Counted from the stretch's first letter, positions 1 to 13,652 are shown. The stretch: DNA of 64,000 nucleotides from Eledone cirrhosa (GCA_964016885.1 OZ024741.1:82398001-82462000), one strand, 5' to 3'. Notes: generated by a model not told the origin, from the sequence alone. Numbers and translations are program-made.

Positions 1-971
<971 letters not shown>

Positions 972-1344
972 GAAAAATACACTAGAGGAGGGATGTAGAG
1001 AATGGAGAGTTAAAACATTAGATCACTTTACAAATTCATCTAATTGAATTGCGGATCAATAAGAGAAGATAGCGATCAGAATCGGTTGATGAATATCGGC
1101 ATCAACAGAATTGACGGCTTGCTTGTAGCGAAATGAAATTAAAATGTCGATTTTAACGGTTTCTTTCCAAAATTATCACAGTCACCTTTTCAAACAATGG
1201 TCCCTTATTTGTTTTCTAGAATATCTTTAAAGAACATTGTGAGGCGAGTACACAATTTAAAGATTTGTAAACGACAATTCCACATGAAAGTGACAAGGAA
1301 GAGGCTCTGTCGGGGGAGGTGGACTAGAAGGTGGATAACGAGAA

Positions 1345-1467
1345 GATGAAGACGGAGACGAAGAAGAAGACGAAGAAGACGAAGAAGAAGACGAAGAAGA
1401 CGAAGAAGAAGACGAAGAAGAAGAAGAAGAAGAAGAAGAAGAAGAAGAAGAAGAAGAAGAAGAAGAC

Positions 1468-1507
<40 letters not shown>
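1345..1507. repeat. (GAA/GAC)n followed by (AAT)n; left edge of the GAA satellite
   Basis: Visible; same GACGAA-TAATAAT junction as the AAT islands inside the large array. Confidence 0.95.
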
Positions 1508-1509
<2 letters not shown>

Positions 1510-1768
1510 TTTCTTTATTAACCACAAGGGTTTACATAAAGTAGACATTAAGGACAGTGCAGGACAATGCAGGACGGTACAAATGGGCATTTCTGCGTGT
1601 AAAAAACAAAAACAGAGGATGTAACAAAAATAACAATGAAAATAACAATGAAAAATTCCCCAATAGGGGGGAGACTTCGGAGGGACATTTGTGGAGAAAG
1701 CCCAGTAAAAAGCCACAATGACCCTGACCACCAAGGCAAGTGCCCTCTCCCAGTTTTCCACCTTTAAT

Positions 1769-4700
1769 TTACAGATATATACTCAGAGTAGGCCCATTCA
1801 CTCGGGCCATTCTTGCTTCTCTCACCCATCTTTCAACAAAATGCTGGGAAGAGAGCACTTCCCTCTCTACTCTGATTTTCCTTTTCAAATGAAATTTGAA
1901 AAAGTCAATCAGAGCATCACCGAAGAGATAAGTGCTCGTCTTCAGCCCTTTCAGACGTGTCCACCATACTATCTCTTTCGCCATTGCCACCAGACAGATA
2001 AAAACTGCCTGCCCTTCCCGGCTAAAGGAGGAGGGCGGGGCAATCCTCACGATGGACTCAGATGATAGCTGGATCCGTCCTAAACGCGACAGCAGGTGTT
2101 CGACATAAACCCACAAGTCAGCAATTTTCGGACACTGGACGAGTGCGTGCAGGACGGTTTCGTCGCCCTGCGCGCATCTCGGACATGCCCGGCTGACGGC
2201 ACCTCCATGCCTGTAGAGTTTATCCCGAACTGGCAAGGCTCCTCGGTAGCACTGCCAGGCCAGAGATTTCTGGAAGTTGTCCATAGGCCCCGGCCCGAAA
2301 GTTCTTCCGAAGAGATTGGCTAGTTGATTTTCGTCGACGCCTAGAGTTTCCCCAAGTACGTCGTCGCTCTTACCCTCCACTAATCCTCTATAGAACGCCG
2401 AGGTGGAGTTTCCACCGATCACATTGCCCGATTGGTCGAGGGCTGTGAGCGCCTGAAGACATTCCAGTCTCCAGGCGCTCCCTCACGGTCTTCGCTTGAC
2501 CCAGGACTGCAGCTCCGTCAAGGAAACGAGCTGGGGAAATACGCGCCTAGCAAACGGCGACCACACCTGATCACCGTCGAGGAAGAGGTAGAGATGTCGT
2601 AGACTGAGCGCGTGCCTACGCATCATCAGCCACGGCATGCCCAGCCCTCCACGTAGCGGGTGTTGACAACAGATGGACCGCCTGACCATCGGAGCACGTT
2701 CCTTCCACAAAAAGCGAAAGAGCAAACGCTCCAGCGCAGTCAGGCGAGGCTTAGGACAAGGTACGACGGTCAGGCGGTAGCAGATGACAGACACGATGTA
2801 CGCGTTAGCCACCTCTGCTCGACCTTTCAGGGATAGCTTCCTCTCCGCCCATTTCTGGGTGAGAGAAGCCACCCTGCTCGTCACCTCGTCCCAATCTTTG
2901 TCCGTCTGGAGGTCTGGACCGAACCAGACCCCTAGCAATTTAACCGGTCCGTCCGTCCAGCGTCCTACGACGCTGTTGGACGGCATGGACCTGCCTCTCC
3001 AGGTGCCGAGCTGCAGGCCCACTGACTTTTCCTGGTTGATCATTGCTCCTGTCACCGCTTCGTATTCTCTTAGTGTAGTGCCGATCGCCTCGATGTGTTT
3101 GGCGTTCGACACCACTACGGTGACATCGTCCGCATATGCTGACACGGATCTTCCGCATCCTAGTTCGCGCGGGACTCCCCTCAACGTCTCCAGTTTGTGC
3201 AGTAATGGCTCGAGAGTCAATACGTACAAGAGGGACGAGAGGGGACATCCTTGGCGGACCGAGCGCATGATGTTGAACGGTTCCGACAGGTGACCGTTCA
3301 CTCTCACCACAGAGCAGATGTCGCTGTGCATGGCAGCGATACAGCCTCTGAAGACGGGCCCAAAGCCAGCCGCCCTAAGGACTGCCGCTAGGTAACGATG
3401 GTCGACCCTATCGAAAGCTTTCGACGGATCTAAATTGATCAAGGACCCACCCGTGCCAGGTTCCCAACACTTTTCGCAACACTTCGCCTCAGTGGCCGAG
3501 AGCCGCGGCAGTCCGTCGAGGTAGACACTAAAGTCCATCCCTCTACCCGGCCCACCGCTGCCCCCGAACAGCTGAGCGAAGTGTCGCTGAAAAGCTTCAC
3601 ACATTTGCCCGGGATCGAGTAGCATGCGCCCGTCGTGGTCCACCAAAGACCGGATCGTGGCTTTGTTGCCACGACGCGCCTCCGCCACTCGGGCCCATTG
3701 AACGGCTTTCGTCCCCTCGTGTCTGAGAGCACGCACCCTTGCTCTGACAACGCAGCCTTCGTGCTTTGCATTGAAGAATTGGTCAAGGGCCAATTTCACC
3801 GCAAGCACGTCGGTCGCAATGCCTTTGCTAAGCGCCTCGTCTAATTTTCTAACTAGTTCTCCCTCTGCACTATTTTTCTCTATTGCTAAAGCCTTACTAA
3901 ACCTAATCGATTCTATTCTAATCGCTCTTTTCAGAGCAAACCACCACTTGTTGTTGACGATGGCCCCCGTCAACGCCCGCTTAACTAGTTCGCTAATCCG
4001 GTCTCTGTAGGCCTTGCGCGCTGGTAAGGACGCGTTTAGCTTCCAGTATCCGGGTCCTCGTCTATGAAGCCTATCTAAGTCAAGCACACAGATCACGAAT
4101 TTGTGGTCCGTGTAGCTGACTATCTTGAATTGTGGACAGCCTATGCTAGACCTATCTATTTCCCTACAAAATACTCTATCTAGATATGATCTGGATGACC
4201 CTATGCGGTTTGTCCAAGTCCACATTGGCACATCCGGGAAATCCAATCGGTACCTGTCAGACAGTTCAAAACGCCTGAGCAGGTTGGTGAGGCTCTTGCA
4301 CCCTCCACCCCTATCCGCTAATACCACACAGTCCCAGCGTGCATCTAAGATCCCGTTCCAGTCGCCCACTAACACTAAAGAGCGGGACGTTCCAAGAAAG
4401 GTCTCCAGACGCCGGAAGAAATCAGGCCGCCCTGATCCTGTCGGGGCATAGACGGCCACTAGCCTGAAAGCTTGCCCATCTCCGCTGGTCACGTCCAGCA
4501 CCACCAGCTTACCCTCTGGGTCCAGGAAGATGGCCCGTATGGCGAGATCCAAACCTCTCCGAAAAAGCACAGCAACTCCTCCACCGGATCCAGGACGGCT
4601 GGGAGATGCGTACACATCGTAGCCGCCGAAGATCGGTGCGAAGGCCCGTGCTTCGGAGATTCTGGTCTCGCTGATGGCCACTACATCTATGTTTAGTGAC

Positions 4701-4783
4701 CTGAGGTCGTTGAGCAGGTGACCCTGCTTCCATGACGACCCCAAGCCACGCGCATTTATGCTGCCTATTCTGAGTGAGGTCAT
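1769..4783 (-). pseudogene. ORF2 of copy 1: APE endonuclease, reverse transcriptase, C-terminal CCHC
   Basis: APE motifs GSINARG, ISET, VYAP, VGDWN, SYLDRVF, TDH; GPGYWKLN (Tx1/L1-typical); RT motifs KAFDRV, VRQGCPLS, YADD; CPRC-x8-H-x4-C. In-frame TGA at 2483-2485 and net 405-bp in-frame deletion at 3465/3470 relative to copy 2. Confidence 0.93.
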
Positions 4784-4818
4784 GTTTAAAATAGAGTGGA
4801 AAAGATGGGAAAGACCAC

Positions 4819-6914
4819 TTACCGTACTTTTGGTAGAGGAGGGATGGTTTTTACATCCCTTTTCACTTGATCGTCTGGTGAAGGGACCGTTGAATCGTCC
4901 CTTCGGCTGGTCGTCGGCTCTTCTAAGAGAATGTCTGAGTATACTCTTCGATTGATGGTTCCTCCTAGGTCCCTGAAATCACCAACCGCGTTGGGGAATT
5001 TCGTTTTAATATTTGTGTATTGTTTCTGTGCTATTTTTAGCAGTCTTATGTTCGTTGGCGTTTTGATTGGTGCTGGTATTATGTAGTCCTGTTGTGAAAT
5101 GTCTGTGTGTTCAATTATGTAAGTCATTAGTTTCTTGTTGTGTGTATTTATTGCTGTGCATTTGTTTTTCTGGGGGTGGGGTGTGGTTCTGCTATTTTCT
5201 TGTCGTTGTTGCTGGGTGTGTGTGTTTTGTTGTTGTGTTTGCGATGTTGGTGCTTGTGGTGGTGGTGTTGAAGGTGTTGTTGGCGGTGGGGTTGTCGCCG
5301 GTGGTGATGGTGGTGCTAGTGTGGGTGGTGATGGTGTTGGTGTTGTTGCTGCTGTGGGTCTCTTTGCAGTAGACTTTACCCTTTTCTCATTTCTTTCCTC
5401 CCTTTTCAAAGGCGACGATGCGCTGCTTCTGCGTTTGTGCCTTCTTACGACCTTTTGCTATCTCTCTCCCACCTCACACTCCATGTCTGATTCTGTGAGG
5501 TCGGGGAGGGGTACCAGCTCCACTCTTTCACTTGTTGTTGTTGGTGATGTTTGCACTGGAGTCTCTGTTGCAGCTGCATTTGGTATTGCAGTTGTTGTTG
5601 TTAGTATTTCCACTGCTGCTGCTGTTTTTGATTTCCGTGGAGTGGGTATGGGTGCCACGGGCCTATCGTTCCTGGTTGCCGCTTGTCCTGTTGCTGGTAG
5701 CCGTGGAGCCGGATTCGGAAGGAGGGTGGTTTTCTCCTTTCTCAGGGTCTTCTCGTTGCAGAAGGCCCTGAGGTGAGTCTTCGATCCACAGCGAAAGCAT
5801 TTCGGGCGTTTGCCCTCAACACTTATGGGCAGTTGAGTGCCGTTATCGAAGTCTATCACATCCGGGATAGCTTCGATGCACTCCTGGTTGGTTTGGATTA
5901 GCATCTCAATGGAGGAGCCGACCCAATCTTCTCTTACTTTTTTCTGTACTTGCAGTACAGTTGTTTTGTCCTCGATTCCGACGAGGACAGACGCGGCCAG
6001 CCAAGAAGGGGTCATTCCGGGGGGGACGTGGGTCAGTTTGACCCTCACAATTTTTTTCCCGCAGTAGGAGGGCACCAACACCATTTCCTCGCTCCTTAGG
6101 GTCACTACTGATTGGGCCTTTGCCTCCTGGGGTGTGGCAAAAAGTACGTCTACGGTGGCATATTTTTTGCCTCGGGTGATGTGCGTTTTCCGCTGCCACA
6201 CAGACCCCAAGGCTTTTTGTATTTGGGCCTCTGTGGCTCTTTCCACCCTACGGGATTTTGTACTTACTGTACGGTACGTGACCGTACGGTGCTCTTGGGT
6301 TTCGAAAAATGTTTCCGCTGCCTTGCAGATTGCTCGGTGTACGTTCTTTGTCACCATCTTCTTCGCTTCCTCTAATTCCTCATTTGTTATGAGGATTGTT
6401 TCCAAGTTTTTCGCAATACCTGCAAATGAAATTGGTTTTTCTCTGCTGTTGTTGTTGTCGTCAGAGCTGCTGGTACTTTTGTTGTTGCTGCAGGTACTAC
6501 GACTACTGCCTCCGCCGCTGTTGCTGTGGTTGTTGTTGGTGTTGCTGCTGCTAATGCTGTTGTTGTTTATGCTGCTGGTGATGCTGTTGCGGCTGCTACT
6601 GTTGTTTTCATTGTCACTGTGCTGTTGTTATTACGGCTGCTACTGCTATTATTCCTGACGTCAGACGAATGAACTGGGTTTTCGTATTTCCCGCACACCT
6701 GTTTCGTCGCTGTCGTCGTCGTCGTGGAGAAACCTTGCACGCTTTGCACGAGACTTTTCTTTTCTTTCGTCACTTGCGAAAGAGAAGGGAGGGAGAGAGA
6801 CACATTTAAAGAAGGGAGGGAGAGAGACAATCTTCTCTCTGCTGTAGTGATGATTGAGGAAGAAGAAGACGGAATGAGTGGGAGTGAGGTATGAAATTTT
6901 TTTTTCGTAGCCAT
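4819..6914 (-). pseudogene. ORF1 of copy 1 (gag-like zinc-knuckle protein)
   Basis: CFRCGSKTHLRAFC knuckle. ORFs 5458-6405 and 4819-5409 are in one frame separated by a single TAG (5458-5460); the N-terminal part (ATG 6914) is joined by a frameshift near 6570-6630. Homologous to copy 2 ORF1. Confidence 0.85.
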
Positions 6915-7130
6915 GTTGTTTTTTTGTTTAAAATGAAATTTTGGGTACAAAACCCCAATAACTGGTTATTTAACCCCGAAGGGCCAAATAACGGACAGAA
7001 AGACCCCTCTCACGAGGAGGAGGGTGTCTTTATCAACAATTTGGTTCAAGTTTTAAACAATTTACAATTGTTTTAACGGTTAAAAATTACTATACCTTAC
7101 AGAGCCGAGCCTCCGTCAACCATGGCATTC

Positions 7131-7157
7131 AATAATAATAATAATAATAATAATAAT
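7131..7157. repeat. (AAT)9 spacer between the two LINE copies
   Basis: Visible; joins the 5' end of copy 1 to the 3' end of copy 2. Confidence 0.95.
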
Positions 7158-7400
7158 GTTTTCTTTATTAACCACAAGGGTTCACATAAAGTAGACATTA
7201 AGGACAGTACAGGACAATACAGGACGGTACAAATGGGCATTTCTGCGTGTAAAAAAACAGAGGTTGAAATAAAATAACAAAGAAAAATTCCCCAATAGGG
7301 GGGAGACTTCCAAGGGACATTTGTGGAGAAAGCCCATTATAAGACCACAGTGGCCCTGACCACCAAGTCAAGTGCCCTCTCCCAGTTTTCCACCTTTAAT

Positions 7401-10400
7401 TTACAGACACATACTCAGAGAAGGCCCAATCATTCGGGCCATACTTGCATCTCTCACCCATCTTTCAACAAAATGCTGGGAAGAGAGCACTTCCCTCTCT
7501 ACCCTGATTTTCCTTTTCAAATGAAATTTGAAAAAGTTAATCAGGGCATCACCGAAGAGGTAAGTGCTCGTTTTCAGCCCTTTCAAACGTGTCCACCATA
7601 CTATCTCTTTCGCCATGGCCACCAGACAGATAAAAACTGCCTGCCCTTCCAGGCTAAAGGAAGGGGGCGGGGCAATCCTCACGATGGACTCAGCTGATAG
7701 CTGGATCCGTCCTACACGTGACAGCAGGTGTTCGACATAAACCCACAAGTCAGCAATGCTCGGACACTGGACGAGTGCGTCCAGGACGGTTTCATCGCCT
7801 TGCGCGCATCTCGGACATGCCCGGCTGACGGCACCTCCATGCCTGTAGAGTTTATCCCGAACTGGCAAAGCTCCTCGGTAGCACTGCCAGGCCAGGGTTT
7901 CTAGAAGTTGTCCATAGGCCCCGGCCCGAAAGTCCTTCCGAAGAGATTGGCTAGTTGATTTTCGTCGACGCCTAGAGTTTCTCCAAGTACGTCGTCGCTC
8001 TTCCCCTCCACTAATCCCCTATAGAACGCCAAGGTGGAGTTTCCACCGATCACATTGCCCGATTGGTCGAGGGCTGTGAGCGCCTGAAGACATTCCAGTC
8101 TCCAAGCGCTCCCACTCGGTCTTCGCTTGACACAGGGCTGCAGCTCCGTCAAGGAGACGAGCTGGGGAAAAACGTGTCTTGCAAACGGCGACCACACCTG
8201 ATCACCGTCGAGGAAGAGGTGGAGATGTCGTAGCCTGAGCGCGTGTCTGCGCATCATCAGCCACGGCATGGCCAGCCCTCCACGTAGCGGGTGTTGACAG
8301 CAGATGGACCGCCTGACCATCGGAGCGCGTCCCTTCCACAAGAAGCGAAAGAGCAAACGCTCCAGCGCAGTCAGGCGGGGCTTAGGACAAGGTACGACGG
8401 TCAGGTGGTAGTAGATGACGGATGCGATGTACGCATTCGCCACCTCCGCTCGACCTTTCAGGGATAGCTTCCTCTCGTCCCATTTCTGGGTGAGAGAAGC
8501 CACCCTGCTCGTCACCTCGTCCCAGTTTCTGTCCGTCTGGAGGTCTGGACCGATCCAGACCCCTAGCAATTTAACCGGTCCGTCCGTCCAGCACCCGACG
8601 ACGCTGTTGGACGGCATGGACCTGCCTCTTCAGGTGCCGAGCTGCAGGCCCACTGACTTTTCCTGGTTGATCATTGCTCCTGTCACCGCTTCGTATTCAC
8701 TTAGTGTAGTGCCGATCGCCTCGATGTGTTTGGCGTTCGACACCACTACGGTGACATCGTCCGCATATGCAGACACGGATCTTCCGCATCCTAGTTCGCG
8801 TGGGACCCCCTCAACGTCTCCAGTTTGTGCAGTAATGGCTCGAGAGTCAATACGTACAATAAGGACGAGAGGGGACATCCTTGGCGGACCGAGCGCATGA
8901 TGTTGAATGGTTCCAAAAGGTGACCGTTCACTCTCACTACAGAGCAGATGTCGCTGTGCATGGCAGCGATCCAGCCTCTGAAGACGGGCCCAAAGCCAGC
9001 CGCCCTCAGGACTGCCGTTAGGTAACGATGCGACCCTATCGAAGGCTTTCGACTGATCTAAATTGATCAAAGACCCACCCGTGCCAGGTTCCCTAGCTAC
9101 CCTCTCTACGATGTATCGCATGAGGTGGAGGTTGTCGTGGATGGATCTGTCGGGAATGGCGCATGTCTGTGCCTCTCCCACCAGACCACCAACGACAAGC
9201 GCCAACCTCTTTGCTAGCACCTTGGCCAAAATCTTGAACTCTGTGTTTAGCAGAGTTATGGGCCTAAAATTATCTATGTTATCCCCCTTGTTCGGATCCT
9301 TTCTCAGCAGCGCCACCGCTCCTCGGCTCACAGAGCTGGGAATTCTCCCGTTCTGTTGCCAGTTGCAGTAGACGTCCGCCAAGAGGCCTCCGAACAAGTT
9401 TGGCATTTGTACGTAAAGTTCATAGGGCAGACCATCCAAACCAGGCGATTTACCCCTTGTGCAACTAGTCATTGCATCCCGTACTTCAGCGGTTGTTATC
9501 GGCTTTTCGCAACACTCCGCCTCAGTGGCCGAAAGCTGCGGCAGTCCGTCGAGGTAGACACTAAAGTCCATCCCTCGATCCGGCCCGCCACTGCCCCCGA
9601 ACAGTTGAGCGACGTGTCGCTGAAAAGCTTCATACATTTGCCCGGGATCGAGTAGCATGCGCCCGTCGTGGTCCACCAAAGACCGGATCGTGGCTTTGTT
9701 GCCACGACGCGCCTCCGCCACTCGGGCCCATTGAACGGCTTTCGTCCCCTCCTTTCTGAGAGCACGCACCCTTGCTCTGACAACGCAGCCTTCGTGCTTT
9801 GCATTGAAGAATTGGTCAAGGGCCAATTTCACCGCAAGCACGTCGGTCGCAATGCCTTTGCTAAGCGCCTCGTCTAATTTTCTAACTAGTTCTCCCTCTG
9901 CTCTATTTTTCTCTATTGCTAAAGTCTTACTAAACCTAATGGACTCTATTCTAATTGCTCTTTTCAGAGCAAACCACCACTTGTTGTTGACGATGGCCCC
10001 CGTCAACGCCCGCTTAACTAGTTCGCTAATCCGGTCTCTGTAGGCCTTGCGCGCTGGTAAGGACGCGTTTAGCTTCCAGTATCCGGGTCCTCGTCTATGA
10101 AGCCTATCTAAGTCAAGCACACAGATCACGAATTTGTGGTCCGTGTAGCTGACTATCTTGAATTGTGGACAGCCTATGCTAGACCTATCTATTTCCCTAC
10201 AAAATACTCTATCTAGATATGATCTGGATGACTCTATGCGATTTGTCCAAGTCCACATTGGTACATTCGGGAAATCCATTCGGTACCTGTCAGACAGTTC
10301 AAAACGTCTGAGCATGTTGGTGAGACTCTTGCACCCTCCTTCCCTATCCACTAATCCCACACAATCCCAGCGTGCATCTAAGATCCCGTTCCAGTCGCCC

Positions 10401-10816
10401 ACTAACACTAAAGAGCGGGACGTTCCAAGAAAGGTCTCCAGACGCCGGAAGAAATCAGGCCGCCCTGCTCCTGTCGGGGCATAGACGGCCACTAACCTGA
10501 AAGCTTGCCCGTCTCCGCTGGTCACGTCCAGCACCACCAACTTACCTTCTGGGTCCAGGAAGATGGCCCGTATGGCAAGATCCAAACCTCTCCGAAAAAG
10601 CACAGCAACTCCTACCCCCGATCCCGGACGGCTGGGAGATGCGTACACATCGTAGCCGCCGAAGATCGGTGCGAAAGCCTGTGCTTCGGAGATTCTGGTC
10701 TCGCTGATGGCCACTACATCTATGTTTAGTGACCTGAGGTCGTTGAGCAGGTGGCCCTGCTTCCATGACGACCCCAAGCCACGCGCATTTATGCTGCCTA
10801 TTCTGAGTGAGGTCAT
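7401..10816 (-). pseudogene. ORF2 of copy 2: APE, complete RT, CCHC
   Basis: Retains KSPGLDG and NFRPITLLN, which copy 1 has lost. Lesions relative to copy 1: 2-bp deletion near 9030, 1-bp deletion near 8808, TGA at 8630, TAG at 7901. Confidence 0.93.
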
Positions 10817-10851
10817 GTTTAAAATAGAGTGGAAAAGATGGGAAAGACCAC

Positions 10852-12848
10852 TTACCTTACTTCTCGTAGGGGAAGGACGGCTTTTCCATCCTTTTCACTG
10901 CTTGTGGCCTCCTCAGGAAGGATGTCCTTATAAATCCTCCTGGAGAGTGCTTGTCGGAAGTCTCCGATGTCTTTGGGGAATTTTTGTTTTAGTGTCATGT
11001 ACGTTTTCTGTGTGATGCGAGTGATTTGTATGTGTGGAGGTGGTGTGAATTTTGGGGTTGTTGTGTAGTCTTTTTCTGTGATGCTGGTGTTGTGTTGGAT
11101 GTAGTGTAATAATTGCTTGTTGTTCAAATTTAATGCTGTGTAGTGTGTATCGTTTTGGTTGTTTTGTTTTGTTTGCGTTTGATGTGGGTTTGTTTCTGTT
11201 TCGCATTTTGGTGACTTTTGTGGTGTAGGTGATGGTGGTGCTGGGGATAATGATGGTGATGGTGTTGGTGTTTGGGTTGATGGGGTTGGTGATGCTGGTG
11301 TGGATGGTGGCATATCTGTCCTAACTTTTTTGTTTCTTAGTTTATTTGTTTCCCTCTGTATTTTGTTTTTGGAGGGGGAAGGAAGAGAATTTTTTCTTTT
11401 TTGGTTTCTTTTTTTTTTCCGGATATCGTTTCCCACTCCTCGTCGTCACAATCTGTTTCCAGTTGGGATAGGCCGGGGAGTGGAAAATCCTCCACAGCCG
11501 TTAGTTTTGGTTGTGGTGTGGTGGATGGTGTAGGTGCTGGTGCTAGTTCTGAAGCGTTGGGTGGTGGTGGTGTTGGTTTTGCTGGTGGTGGTAGTGGTGT
11601 TGGTTTTGCTACTGTTGCTGGGGTTGTTGCTGTTATAGTTGCTTCTGTTGTTGCTGCTACAGTTGTTGCTGCCATCTCTGCTACTGGTGGTGTTGATGGT
11701 TGTGTCACTGGGGTGGGTAGGAGAGGTGGCCTCAACCTTTTAGCCTGAGGGCAGAAAGCCCTTAGGTGGGTTCCTTCAACACAAATGACACACCTAGGTC
11801 TTCTGCCCTCGACAATTACCGTGAGGTGGCTGCCGTCAGTGAGGTCTATTACCTCTGGGATCTCCTCAATGCTTTTTTGGTCCGCTTGGATCAGGAGCTC
11901 CATCCCAGATCCGGACCAGTTTTCCTGCTTTTCTTTTGCTACTGCTATTATTTTCGTGTTGGCTTCGATGCCGGCGAGGACAGCCGCTATTAGCCAGGGA
12001 ATTTCGATGGCCGGTGGAACGTGGGTCACCCTGATCTTTACGAGTCTCTGGCCACAATAGCTTGGGACGAGTGTGAGGTCGTCACTTTTTAATGGGGCCA
12101 TGGAGTGTTCTCTAGCCTCCTCTGGTGTTTCAAAGAACACATCCACGGTTCCATACTTTTGCCCACGTCTGATGTGGGTTTTTCTTGCCCACACATGTCC
12201 CAAAGCTTTTTGGATTTGGGACTCGGATGCCCGTTCCACTCGGCGCGATTTTACATTTATTGTTCTATACGACACGGTGCACAGGCGCCGATGCTCCATT
12301 TTATTAGGTGGGGGGGGGGGGCTGACCCTGTACCCATCTTTCTTTACCATTTGTTTGGCATTTTCTAAATCTTCTTGAGTTACCGTGAACGCTTCGAATT
12401 GTTTTGCTACGATGGCGAAACTGAGGGTCGGTTTTATAATGTCATTGTTGTTGTTGTTGCTATCGTTATTTGTGTTAATCTTAATTTTTGTTTCAGTTGT
12501 GGTGGTGGTGGTGACGTCATTCGTCTTTGGTGCGGAAGAGTCCATTTTGCTTGATTTCATTTCGACATCACGAGTTAATTTATTTTTTTCTTCTTTTGTT
12601 TCTGTTGTCGCGGTGGTGGTGGGGATGGTGGTTGTCGCGGTGGTGGTGGTGGTGGAGGCTTTAACACCTGCAGTCATTGGTAATGGCGGGAAATGAATGT
12701 CTGCCTGAGACAAATTTAAAATATTGCTACTGCTTATATTTTTTTTTGTGTTGGCAAACGTAGTAACATTTACAATGGTGGTGTCGGTGTGAGGTGTTAT
12801 TTTGTGAGGAAGGCTTTCAGCTGCTTCGTGCAGAGGCAAATTAGCCAT
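10852..12848 (-). pseudogene. ORF1 of copy 2 (gag-like zinc-knuckle protein)
   Basis: Starts MANLPL; CVICVEGTHLRAFC knuckle. A probable frameshift in the T10 run 11409-11418 separates the C-terminal domain (ORF 10852-11436), which aligns with the copy 1 C-terminus. Confidence 0.87.
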
Positions 12849-13055
12849 TTTTTTCAAAGAAATTTTTGGATAATAATAAAAGTTAAAATTTTGGGCACAA
12901 GGCCCCAATCTTTTTGGGTGTCCTTTTCGGAAAACAATGTATGCGTGCTTATAAACAGTTAACAATAAAATTTTCCATAAATGGCAATTTTTAACAAACG
13001 GAAATAACAAACCTTTGCGGAGCTCACGATGATACGATTTACTACGTAGGTCGCC

Positions 13056-13105
<50 letters not shown>

Positions 13106-13652
13106 TAATAATAATAATAATAATAATAAGAAGAAGAAGAAGAAGACAAAGACGAAGATGAAGGCGAAGAAGAAGAAGAAGACGAAGAAGAAGACGAAGA
13201 CGAAGAAGGAGAAGACGAAGAAGAAGAAGAAGAAGAAGAAGAAGAAGAAGAAGAAGAAGAAGAAGAATACGAGGGATAAGAAGAAGAAGACGAAGTCGAA
13301 GAAGAAGAAGAAGAAGAAGAAGAAGAATACGACGACGAAGACGAAGACGAAGAAGAAGAAGAAGAAGAAGAAGAAGAAGAAGAAGAAGACGAAGGATAAG
13401 AAGAAGAAGACGAAGACGAATAAGAAGAAGAAGAAGAAGAAGAAGATGAAGAAGAAGAAGAAGAAGACGAAGACGAAGAAGAAGAAGAAGACGAAGAAGA
13501 AGAAGAAGAAGAAGAAGAAGAAGAAGAAGAAGAAGAAGAAAAAGAAGAAGAATAAGACGACGAAGAAGAAGAAGACGAAGACGAAGAAGAAGAAGAAGAA
13601 GAAGAAGAAGAAGAAGAAGGAGAAGAAGAAGACGAAGACGAAGACAAAGACA

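Larger units (their letters stand above)
1508..7130 (-). mobile_element. Tx1/L1-clade non-LTR retrotransposon, copy 1 (5'UTR to 3'UTR, internal RT deletion)
   Basis: About 216-nt 5'UTR, ORF1 with CCHC knuckle, ORF2 with APE, RT and zinc finger, 3'UTR ending AATAAA then (ATT)n; (AAT)n on both sides. Confidence 0.93.
7158..13055 (-). mobile_element. Tx1/L1-clade non-LTR retrotransposon, copy 2 (full length, ~5.9 kb)
   Basis: About 207-nt 5'UTR, ORF1, ORF2, and a 3'UTR nearly identical to copy 1; AATAAA and (ATT)n tail. Confidence 0.94.

Noticed and set aside
2483-2485. In-frame TGA as selenocysteine or programmed readthrough
   Set aside because: Copy 2 has AGT here and its own stops elsewhere; ordinary decay.
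4819-5409. A separate third ORF between ORF1 and ORF2 (also 10852-11436)
   Set aside because: In frame with ORF1 past one TAG in copy 1, and separated by a homopolymer frameshift in copy 2. The lesions differ, so it is the ORF1 C-terminus.
2784-10729. Plus-strand ORFs shared by both LINE copies
   Set aside because: Antisense shadows of ORF2, shared only because the DNA is near-identical.
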